Part shown: one piece after another, positions 53,768 through 64,000 of the stretch
How the letters are laid out: every line of letters begins with the position of its first letter
Position numbering within the stretch: position 1 is the stretch's first letter
From: Eledone cirrhosa
Lineage: Eukaryota
NCBI GenBank assembly: GCA_964016885.1
Contig: OZ024753.1
Coordinates: 124,001-188,000, forward strand
Direction of reading: 5' to 3'
Length of the DNA: 64,000 nucleotides
The notes under the pieces: model-generated
What the model saw: only the letters and a program-made list of their open reading frames with translations
Told to the model about the DNA's origin: nothing
Databases searched by the model: none
Position numbers and translations under genes: made by a program

Positions 53768-54292
53768 TACCTCAGTACATTACTGGTGCTTTATTTTATT
53801 GACCCTATAAGGATGAAAGGCAAAATTAATCTTGGCGGGATTTGAAGTCAGACCATGAAGGGTCGTAAATCTATGCTGTAAAGCAACATTTCCTACATAT
53901 ATCATGTTTTTAGAATAGGTACACCATATCCCTAGTTGCTGTAAAGGTTAACTAATACAGTTGGTATGAGGAAGTGAATCTGATTGTAAAACCCAGCCTA
54001 AAAAAAGTCCTCTCCAACCCATGCCACTTCCTCCCAAATTATCATTGGTCTACCTACTTCTATGGATTCTTTCCACTATCAATTCATATTGTTCCATTAG
54101 CTTTGTACTCAGTAATAGTGAAGTTATCTCTCTTACACACACATCCAGGCCTGTGTTTTTACTGCTTAGTCACTTTCTCAACTCATTTTTCCTCAGTCTC
54201 TCTGATAACCTAACAAAACACATCAGACAAATCATCCATAACCAGGTCTAGAGTCACTCTCCAGTACTTCTCCATTATTCAACATCAAACTT

Positions 54293-54509
54293 ATTAACCC
54301 TTTAGTATTTTCATTATTCTATATTTACTATTGTATTTTCATGGTTAAGACTTTATCTCACAAACTCAAGTCTACGAGATTTTGATGATGTTATTGTTTA
54401 TTTTAAGAACGATATCTTAACATTGGTGGGAGCTGTTGGTCATGGCTGGTTTCAAAAAGCGGAATGAATTCTGGTTGGATACAGCTGGTTTAAATGCTAA
54501 AGGGTTAAA
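54293..54509. mobile_element. TTAA-flanked MITE (piggyBac-like ends); also 63337-63543, partial copies at ~44900-45043 and ~59436-59580
   Basis: TTAACCCTTTAGTATTT ... AAATGCTAAAGGGTTAA terminal inverted repeat. Confidence 0.85.
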
Positions 54510-56054
54510 CACATCTCAGAGAAACTTCTACATTCACTGCCAATGTTTGCTGTGATACAGTACCAAATAATTTATACCCACCTCATCCTAGCTTCGATAA
54601 GTATGTATGGTCCTGTAACTCCTAATTGAGTTGTAGAGGTGCCGTATTGACATATGGTGTTTCTTGGGCATTTTAAGCCTGGTGGAGCCCACCCCTCTCC
54701 AGGCCTGAATACAGCAGATTTCTTCTAGAGAAAGAGAAGAAATGAGAAAGAGATATACAGGAAGAATCGACCCCCAGTACTAGACTGGACCTTTTTTTAT
54801 TGACCTCGAAACGATGAAAGGCAAAGTTTACCTCGGCAGGATTTGAACTGAGAGAGCCACACTGAATACCATAAAGCATTCTATCCGACATTCTAATGAC
54901 TGCCAATTTGCTGCCTCAATAACACCTCAGCTTCTATATACACTTCATATAATTCCTGAATTAGTCCTCTACATTTACTGGCCATTATACCATCATATGC
55001 TTTACACACATAATTCATATAGTTTTTATCGTTCCATCTCTATTTATCAATAACATTAACAATATATTTACCCTGACATTGAACTGAAAAAAGACCGGAA
55101 GAGAAAAAAAATGGCAATGAAATGTGTTGTTTAATTGCCTGCAGCATGGTAGATTCAAGACAAGTCTAGACATGACTGATCAGTCAAAGTACTTTAAATA
55201 TTCCAATAAGTTAATCCACTATAATGGAACAAATAAGTTAACAATTTTCCCAAACAATTGCCCAGATACATACAAAGACTATTGACCCCTTCCCATCCTC
55301 ACTCACCTTTCTGCCAATATGTGGAGAATGAAGTATTGAAAATTGGGCATAACATGGTTTGACATAGAAACTGAAGCTATTTTGGGAATTACATCAATGT
55401 GTTAAGTAATCTCAACAAAACAAGTGACATAGAGTTATGGCTCTTTACGTTCTGAGTTCAAATCCCGCCGAGGTTAGCTTTGCCTTTCATCCTTACAGGG
55501 TCGATAAAATAAAGCACCAGTAACATACTGGGATTGATTTAATCGACTTCCCTATCTCCTTAAAATTGCTGGCCTTGTGCCTAAATTAGAAACTATATCA
55601 CAATCAAATCTCTCTGAAGTCAATTTTGCCTTTCGTCCTTCTGGGGTTGATAAAATAAAGTACCAGTAATGTATTGGGGTTGATTTAATCAACTTTACCC
55701 TTCTCCAAAAATGTTGCTGGCCTTCTGCCTAAATTAGAAATCAATATTAAAGTCAGTGTTAATTAGTTCTATAAAAGTTCAAAGAAGATGGTAGGGTATA
55801 ATTTGAGTAATTTGGCTGCTATTTCTAGCATAGTGAGGCTCTTTTGTTGGTTCTAACAACAGAGTGTTGGATTACAATACTGATATTGATTTTTAATAAA
55901 TGTAACTATCATAACAGCCTTGAAAATGATATATTACAAACAAAGGAGAGTATGAAATTGAGAAGAGATACACCAAGAACAGCAATTGAGAATACAAGGA
56001 GTTGGTGAAATTATTGATCTCAAATCTGACACATAGCAGCAAAATTAAATAATT

Positions 56055-56350
56055 TCCTCTAGAGAGCCGCTACTTCTCCAAATTGAAAGATTACAACTCC
56101 GATACTATGGGCATGTGGTTAGAATGTCTCAGGAAAAAAAAAAAAAAATTCGCTGGACAGATTTTACAAGCGAAACCAACAGGTAGGAGACCCAGGGGTA
56201 GATCCCGAGCAGCCATGAGCTTCTCTGGTCACGCTTAGGGATCCAGCTGGATCAGTCAGAGACAGTTGCTTCTGACAGGACCCACTGGAGGGAGTGTTTG
56301 AGAACTCTGCCACCACAACTCTCTCAGGAATAAATGGGCGAAGAAAAGAA
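56055..56350 (+). mobile_element. RTE-clade LINE 3' fragment (Expander/Rex3-like C-terminus)
   Basis: EPLLLQIERLQLRYYGHVVRMSQE...QILQAKPTGRRPRGRSR. Confidence 0.7.
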
Positions 56351-56627
56351 GATAATGTAGGCCAGAATATATTACAGACTATCATTGGTCAGACAGAATA
56401 TACAAGTTTATGTCCATCTATCTGTAAAACAACGTCATTGAGTGCATTTTTAGTTTTCTTTTCACTTCTGCAAATAAGTTTTATTCATTTCCTTCTTCCT
56501 ACCTAAAGGACTCTAAATACATAAGAATTTCTGTAGAATTTGTAAATATACATTCCTACATCATTGAATTATTTTTTCCATTTTTCCCATTTATTTTCTT
56601 GTATCTTTCTAATCCTTCTTTTATTTC

Positions 56628-56667
56628 TATCTTCTGACGAAGGACTAACATCTGAAATGTTGAGATT
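56628..56667 (+). ncRNA. Degenerate minimal type-I hammerhead ribozyme motif (Penelope/retrozyme type)
   Basis: ATCTT-CTGACGA-AGGA-CTAACA-TCT-GAAATGTT-GAGAT. Confidence 0.45.
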
Positions 56668-56959
56668 CTTTTCCGTTTAATTTTCATACACACACACACA
56701 CACACGTGTATATATAAATGTACATATTAGTTATATTTGGGGCGAGTCATGTTATAATATTGCCAGAAATATATAGTAAAACACACTCACTGTTTGGTTT
56801 GGGTTGGTTTTCACTTCAGTATATTTTATATTTCTATAATTAATTCAGCTGGCAATTAATGTTAAAATTATAGATATATAATTATAGTTTCTCAGAGTTC
56901 TTTCGTCTCACACCTGTGACATCATCAGTGATATTAAACAAATACATCAAAACAAACAC

Positions 56960-57548
56960 GCAGTTGTACAGAAGACCCGACTGCCAGTCCACACTGTAAA
57001 TATGGTTGGTGTTAGGAAGGGCATCCAGCTGTAAAAAACCTGCCAGAGACGCTTCCGAGCGAGCGCGACATGGTCTCCTGACCATTCCTGCATCAAATGG
57101 AACAAAACCGTCTAACCCATGCTAGCATGGAAGATGGAGGTTAAACAATGATGATATATATATATATATAATATAATGATGCAGTTATACAGAAGACCCG
57201 CCTTCCCTTGCATACAAACTTAGACCTACAGTTAGTAGACACCTCTTAACCTGATATATACCCAACCCCACACACCCTACTCCATCCTCCCATTTCCGTC
57301 CACTGTAAAGTAGTTGTGTAGGTGACAGCAAAAAGCACCCAGTCTACATTGTAAAGTGGTCGTGTAGGAGACACGGTAAAAAGGCTCCCAGTCCACACTG
57401 TAAATGTGGTTGGTGTTAGGAAGGGCATCCAGCCGTAGAAAACCTGCCAGAGACAGTTCTGTGTGAGCAAAACACGGTCTTCCGTCCAATCTCTCCTTAA
57501 GTGGGTCAAACCCATACTCGCGTGGAAGATGGCCTTTAAATGATGATG
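56960..57548 (+). mobile_element. Two RTE 3'-UTR/tail-derived repeats in tandem
   Basis: GGTTGGTGTTAGGAAGGGCATCCAGC.GTA.AAA...CCCAT.CT.GC.TGGAAGATGG..TTAAA.(GAT)n occurs twice; homologous to 13640-14010. Confidence 0.8.
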
Positions 57549-57554
57549 TCTCAT

Positions 57555-58345
57555 TTTGTTCTTGTTTCCACCTTGGGTTTGCTTACAGATGCCACTTCAA
57601 TCCACCACCTGATTTGCCAATTTCCTGACAAACATGGCACTGGAACTGATTCTCTGCAACAAAGTTTGAATAATCAAACTTGCACTTTTCCATCATTGGT
57701 TGACAGCAAATAACACTAAATGAAATTGATAATAATTAAAGTTTTTTGTGTGTTTTCAACTAATCTGACCTCCAAAAAGCTCAGTCGACTGAAATGTCAA
57801 GATTCTTTCCATTTTTGAGTCAACACTGATTGCTGATGCTTTTTTTCTAATAATTCAATCATTTCTTCAGTTGTGTGTCTGCTCAACAGTGAAAATCTTT
57901 TCATCTGAGCAGACAATTTCCTCTGCCATGCCATGTTTCATTTCTTTAAGCAAATTCTTGTTTCTCTTTAGCCTTTTTTGTTTTGGGACCTTTTTGGGTT
58001 TCTTCTTATCCTTTTTCAAACAGTTTTAATGAGAGTAGGAGTCCATATAGTTTGTAGTCTTCCACTTCTGGGTCTATCCAACAAATCTTGATCTTTAAAA
58101 CGCTTCACAGCTTTCCAAACAGGAAACTTTGCAACCGAAAGTAACTTTGCAATATCCAAATCTAATCTCCCTGCACAATCAATTTTGTGTATCTTTTCTC
58201 TATTGGATGACATATTCAAATTCTTGAAGAAATTCAAACAAAGTCAAATATGTTTACATTGACTAAAAGAAGATTAATGATGTACTTACAACACTTTTAG
58301 AAATCAAATTTCAAAGATTTGCTTCCAAACTTATACCCCAACCTG
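57555..58345 (-). mobile_element. Tc1/mariner (DD37D/maT-like) transposase relic with 5' TIR
   Basis: HTH DIAKLLSV..FPVWKAVKRFK...DRPRSGR (58016-58237); downstream IVCSDEKIFTVEQ at ~57880-57920; end TA-CAGGTTGGGGTATAAGTTTGG at 58345. Confidence 0.8.
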
Positions 58346-58639
58346 TATATATATATATATGTGTGTGTGTGTATATATACATATATATATGGGGATCGTG
58401 AGGAATTTTTTTATCTTGCAATTGCCTTCTTTTCCGAAAACAATAATGTGGCAAGAGGGGGACCCTCAGGTTTTCCAAGCCTCATTCAATGCAAATAACA
58501 GAGGTGGGAAGGGACGGGGTACATATGGAGGTACAGTTAAGCACCTCTCAGCTGCTTAAATTTATAGAAAAACCAATCCCTTGATACTGAACAATGTTTT
58601 GATGATCATTTTGTACTGTCATGGAAAGCATAAGCTTAA

Positions 58640-58955
58640 TTAATTAAGTGTTCCCATTTTCAAAATCCACCATTCCAATGAGGAGTGGCTGAGTGAAAGA
58701 ACAATCCTTGACCCCCAAACATCACAGTTAATACCACCAACAAAATCTCTCACAAATGATCCCTGGAAGTAGCCAGACCTATAAATCTATTGACAAAGTT
58801 GTCGACGAGGACAATGCTGTTCATTATCCTGTTGAATTTCTGAATAATCTGGAACTGTCCAATATGTTGCTATGCAACCTTGAATTAAAGAAGGGCAGAG
58901 TGACTGTGCATCTCAGAAACCTGGATCAGCCAAGATTGTGCAATGGGACATGTAT
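58640..58955 (+). mobile_element. Helitron PIF1-helicase fragment
   Basis: NEEWLSERTIL..., then IPG..TYKSIDKVVDEDNAVHYPVEFLNNLE...NLELKKG..V.LRNLDQPRLCNGT. Confidence 0.85.
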
Positions 58956-59298
58956 GGCCAGAAAACTTATAGGTTTATTCAAAAAGGTGTCATGGAGCTA
59001 AACAACAAATTTAACTGAATGTAACTAAACTGTTTCTAATCAGCAATACTTATATGCAGCTAGGTGGACTGGGCCATTTTGTAGGTAAATATCCTGGACA
59101 GAGACAGTATAAAAATTTGAACTCACCTAATTCTCATAGCCATCTGTTCTTTCATAAAAGAAATATATAATAGTTAGAAAATGATCAGTAAAATGGTTTC
59201 CTTTACATGAGATGTAGAATGTTTGTGTGTAGTATTAGTAGCATCATCTGGTATATGTTAGCAATACTCTAAATGGATCTTATTTGAGCCTTATAGAG

Positions 59299-59787
59299 CA
59301 GAAGTCCCCAACCACCGGGCTGCGAACCAGTACCAGTCTGTGGATCATTTGCTACTGGGCCACAAAGAAATAATTAACTTGTTTAAAATTTAAACCGGTC
59401 AGAATTCTCTCACCTCTTTCTATTCAAACCAGCCTTAACCAACCCTTCATACTGACATTAAGGTATCCTTCTCAAAACAAATAATATCAAGATCTCATAA
59501 ATTCGATATTATGTGAGATAAAGCCTTTACCGTGAAAATATAATAGTAAATATAGAGTAATGTAAATGTTAAAGGGTTATAATTCTATAATAGATAAATT
59601 GAATATTGGACTTCAATTTAAAAAGATTTGTTTAAATATTCAATATTCATCTACTTTAATAAATTGCTCTTTTTATTATTGCTCTCTTTATCGAAATGAT
59701 CTTAAATAACACGTGCAACTGCCGGTCTGTGGAAAGATTGTCCGGCATGAAGCCAGTCCGTGGTATAAAAAAGGTTGGAGACGACTA
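59299..59787. mobile_element. hAT (Charlie/MER1-like) MITE with a nested TTAA-MITE fragment
   Basis: CAGAAGTCCCCAACC ... AAAAAGGTTGGAGACGACTA; internal CC(A/G)GTC(C/T)GTGG repeats; TTATAGA occurs on both flanks. Confidence 0.75.
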
Positions 59788-60782
59788 ATTATAGAAGATC
59801 AATAACTGATCAGTGATGAAATATTTTTTGGTTTTGAGACCTGAAGTGGAATCCTATTCTTTATGATGCAGTTTTGACAATGTTATATGTGTCAGGGCAC
59901 CACAAAATTCTACATGACAAGACATTTTAGAACCATTTTTTACAATTTGATTTCATATGAATTTCTCAATATATTACTCATTAGGTAAATCACCAAACCA
60001 CAAATAGTTGATATTACACCAGATGCTGCTTTAGAAGAGATCAACCAATAGATCTTCTGTTTGTTTTACATTAGAGAATGGTTAGTTGTAGTTGTAATTT
60101 ACAAATAATGTTGACTTCATTGATAACAAAAAGAGAAAACACATTCACATGTATCTCTCTTCACACACACAAATTGTTTCTACTTTAGGCACAAGGCTAG
60201 CAATTTGAAGTGGGGAAAGTCAATTAAATCGACCCCAGTGCGGGACTGGTACTATATTTTATCATCCCTGTAAGGATGAAAGGCAAAGTTAACCCCGGCG
60301 GGATTTGAACGCAGACCATGAAGGACCATAACTTCATGCCGCAAAGTATGTCTGACACTACCGAGTCTGCCAATCCACCGCAAAGCATGGTGTCCGACTC
60401 TCTACCGATACTGCCGTATGTATGTATGATCCCATAACTTCTGATAGAGTCGTAGGGGCACTGATTGACAGCGTTTCTTAGGCATTTTCAGCCTGGCTTA
60501 GCCCATCCATCTCCAGGCCTGAGTACAGCAGATTTCTTCCAGAGAAAGATAGAAAGTGAGAGAGAGGAAATGACAAATGTATATCATGGCTCAACATCAG
60601 TTTAGTATCAGATATTTACTCATTTACACATGTATAAGTTATGATAACGGAGAATATCTGCTTTTGGCAATAATGTCTCTGAAAGTGAGTTTTTTTAGCT
60701 GAATCACTAATACCATCTATAAATTACCTTTACATTTACATATCAAGGGCTCATTCTTCCGTAATACAAAAGCACACTCAAG

Positions 60783-60829
<47 letters not shown>

Positions 60830-61239
60830 GCACAAAAATATTGAGAAAAATGAATTTCAATTAATATACAATTTTTAATTTTGTTTCATCCCTTCACAAA
60901 CTTAAATTTGTTATAATAAATCCACCCAAAACAGGTTAACAACTTCTTTTTGTTCAATATTTATATTTTTCTTCTGTTTATACTTGGTATTTTTCTCTCT
61001 CTCCTACAGTCCTGAGTCAACAAAAATATTGTTTTCTTATTTGTCTATCTTTCTCTTCCTGAACAATTTCTTTATAAGACACTTTAACAACAGTTCAGAA
61101 TAACATTTTCGACAAACACCTCACCCGCACTTTCCCTGGACATATAGCTCTCATTGAGAGAGATGAGAGAGAACGAGGGAGATGAAGAGGATAATAAGGA
61201 GTAATTCCCCATCCCCAAGTGTTAGAGCATATAAATAAA

Positions 61240-61935
61240 CTATCGCTTTGCTGGTGGAATCAAATGCTCAGGCAAGTCTGCAGGAAGGTCATGACCCTGA
61301 AGTTTAATTTTCATTAAATGATTTGCCAATGCCCATTCATCAGCATCAAGCATGCCATCTTTATCAACATCAGCCAGTTTCCAAACTTTACCTAAGACAG
61401 TGTTTGGTAACTTGGACTTTACCATTTCTTTCTTGGCATTGCTACCAGTGATTTTGCCATCAATAGGACTTAGGGTGTCAAATACTTTGTCATAGTCGCA
61501 GCGCTCATGATTAACTACCCATTCGTGTTCCCCACGACCCTCATCGATTCCTTCACCACAACCAAACCCAAATGGACTTTCGCTGTAACCTTCAAATGCA
61601 CCCCCCTTTACAGTGTTGACATCTGCGTCATTCACTTTAGCAAGTGTCTCCTCCAGAGGAATGATTCGCATCAGTTTAGCTATGTCTTCTGCTAGCATTT
61701 GGTCAACAGTTTCCAAAAGTTTTGGTTTCAAAGGATGAAATTTGTTGAAATCATGATGTTGTAGTTGATCTTGCATTCTCTTGAGGTTTGGAAAGTCTCC
61801 AGGAGAAATTTGGTGCTCTCTCTGTAAGTGCTCATATATTGTTGATAGTCGGTTGATAAGTTCTTTCTTTTTAGAATCTTTACCAAACATAGCTGGCATT
61901 TCCTTCTTAAGTTGGCTGATTATATAGGCATGAAC
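61240..61935 (-). CDS. EHD: Terminal coding exon of EH domain-containing protein (EHD1/RME-1/Past1 family endocytic recycling ATPase)
   Basis: Acceptor TTTCTTTTACAG at 61936, then VHAYIISQLKKEMPAMFGKDSKKKELI...ISPGDFP...KGGAFEG...EH domain KLPNTVLGKVWKLADVDKDGMLD...LPEHLIPPAKR*. Upstream exons lie beyond the window. Confidence 0.96.
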   Translation of the reverse strand, partial: VHAYIISQLKKEMPAMFGKDSKKKELINRLSTIYEHLQREHQISPGDFPNLKRMQDQLQHHDFNKFHPLKPKLLETVDQMLAEDIAKLMRIIPLEETLAKVNDADVNTVKGGAFEGYSESPFGFGCGEGIDEGRGEHEWVVNHERCDYDKVFDTLSPIDGKITGSNAKKEMVKSKLPNTVLGKVWKLADVDKDGMLDADEWALANHLMKIKLQGHDLPADLPEHLIPPAKR

Positions 61936-62209
61936 CTGTAAAAGAAAGATTTTGGTGTTAACTTATCTAAATAATTCAATGGTTTTGATTACAGATATAT
62001 TAAAGCAACACTTGGCTAGAACACTTTAATCGGGGTTATCATGGATAATAATAATAATAATAATAATTTCTTTATTGGCCACAAGGGCTGGCATCAAGAA
62101 AAACATTACAGACGGCACAGGACGGTACGATGTGGGTTTTGTGCGTGTAAATATTTTTATTATTTATATAAGAAAAGAAAAAAAAATATAATAATGATAA
62201 TAACAACAG

Positions 62210-62470
62210 CAACAGACAGACAAGAAATTAGAACACAATAGGCTTGACCTGGTGGTTTTTGACAAGGAAAAAAGATTGTGGCTGATTGTAGATGTAGCCT
62301 GCCCCTTTGACACAAGAATGCAAGAAAAAGAGAGACCAGTATTTAAAGAGGAAATTAAAAAGGATTTGAGACTGTCATGAAATCAAGGTCATCCTGATTG
62401 TCATAGGAGCACTAGAACCATCCGATACGTCCTGAATATTTGAGGCTGCAGGTGGCAGCTTGATGTTCAT
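62210..62470 (+). mobile_element. R4/Dong-clade non-LTR restriction-like endonuclease fragment (intronic)
   Basis: Manual translation QTDKKLEHNRLDLVVFDKEKRLWLIVDVACPFDTRMQEKE...EIKVILIVIGAL. Confidence 0.75.
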
Positions 62471-62529
62471 TTGAACAATCTTTCCAGTTAAATAACATCA
62501 ATGACTGAAACTCCAAAATAATAATAATG

Positions 62530-63090
62530 ATTTTGTTATTAACCACACAATGCTCACATTAAGAAAACATTAAAGGTGACACAGGACAGTACAGTGCAGG
62601 TTTTGTGTGTAAGAAGTTTATAACAAAAACTTAAAAAATAAACATTTGAAAAATCCAAAACTTCGAAGATCTCCAAAGGTAACTTGTGGAGAAAGCCCAC
62701 AAAAATCCAAGGTCACTGACTGCTAAGGTAAGTGCTATCTCCCAGTTGTCCTCAAATTTACAGGTGCATGCCCGGAGCAGACCCATTCACTCAGGTCATG
62801 CTTGCCACTCTCACCCAACTTTCAACAAACTGGTTGGAAGGCAGTACTTTCCTCTCCACTCTGATTTTTCTCTTCAAGTGAAACCTGAAACGGTTAATCA
62901 GGGCTTTGCCAAAGAGGAAAATGTTTGTATTCAAACCTTTCAAATCCTACACAAAACAACCTCTTTTACCATGGCCACCACACAGATTAAATCAAGACTC
63001 TCCTTCCCTGCTACAGGAAGCCAGTGGGGTGATCTTCATGATGGACTCAGTTGATAGTTGGAGCTGTCCGAAATACAACAGCAGGTGTCC
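62530..63090 (-). mobile_element. Probable L1/Tx1-type LINE 3' fragment; related tail at ~62050-62160
   Basis: Minus-strand degenerate frame ..AMVKEVV..LKGL...GKALINRFRFHLKRKIRVERKVL...FVESWVRVA, followed by a tail ending in (TTA)n. Confidence 0.45.
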
Positions 63091-64000
63091 CACATAATAA
63101 TAGTAATACACTGATATCATACACTGTTTCAGTTTAACAATCAATCAACAATAGGTTTTGATTACAACCAACTATTTTAAATATTTTCTGCCAGCACCAA
63201 CACCAACTATGTAGCAAACAGCAACCTAGCCAACGTTATCTAAAACTATTCACTAATTCCAATTTTAACCATAGCAATCCATAGGAACCAATAAAAGAAC
63301 AGAATATTTCATATTATAAAAAAACACTTAAATGGTTTAACCCTTTAGAATTTACATTACTCTATATTTACTATTATATTTTCACAGTAAACGCTTTACC
63401 TCACATAATATTGAATCTATGAGAATTTGATGTTATTTATTTTGAAATCAATATCTTAACAGTGGCCAGTTATAGCCAGTTTGAACAGAATGAGGTGAGA
63501 GAATTCTGGCTGGAGGTGGCCGGTTTAAATGCTAAATGGTTTAAGGTAAAAACATTCTGCTACTACATCTTTCATGAAGACAAATTGTCTTTATTTTTTA
63601 CAAATTATACTTTTAAAATGTTTATATAAATCATATTTATAAAAACGAGGATGGGATAGTTCTGCAAATTATGACAATTATAGATGAATAATAGATGAAT
63701 AATTGGAGTAAGTATTTTATCCAGTGAATTTGCTTCTTAGCAAGACTGATAACTATGAAGTGAGAGACGTACTTAGTGAGATTGTAGTAAATGACTGGCT
63801 TGAGCTTGAGGATGATAAGCACCAGCCTAACGAGCCTTAAATGGCTTAAGACAGACTAGACTAGTTGTGATATTGACAGCATTAAGTCTACAAAGTTTGA
63901 AAGCTAACAAATGTTTAGACAAATGTCAATTCTCATACATCTCTCGAAGAAAGGAAATGGTAAACAAGGGAACAAAATTAGAGATAATAATTGGTTCTGA

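Noticed and set aside
59127-59143. 17-nt minus-strand microexon
   Set aside because: Good donor, but a weak acceptor with a competing upstream AG; no other support.

Overview
This is eukaryotic, AT-rich, repeat-dense genomic DNA. The tRNA-headed SINEs with RTE-type (GAT)n tails, long (TA)/(TATG) microsatellites and an intron-containing metazoan gene suggest an octopus or other coleoid cephalopod; that assignment is an inference. Positions 1-40670 are about 2.6 near-identical tandem copies of a ~15.7-kb macro-unit, starting at 1, 15679 and 31355. Each unit holds ~1.8 diverged copies of an older ~5.9-kb subunit plus a ~5-kb unique block. The subunit carries a GC-rich decayed CRE-clade retrotransposon (RT, CCHC knuckle, restriction-like endonuclease), a Pol III-like cassette, a hairpin, a bipartite RTE derivative and a SINE. 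The unique block carries a triple inverted tRNA-like module, a 5'-truncated RTE with a PHD finger inside its RT, and a minisatellite. Positions 40671-64000 lie outside the array. They contain a 41/52-bp tandem repeat, a candidate spliced gene ending in a small single-pass membrane ORF, a complete non-autonomous Helitron, nested MITEs and SINEs, transposon relics, a degenerate minimal hammerhead, and the terminal coding exon of an EHD/RME-1/Past1 gene. No prokaryotic systems or CRISPR arrays are supported. Repeat boundaries were read by eye and are approximate unless stated otherwise.
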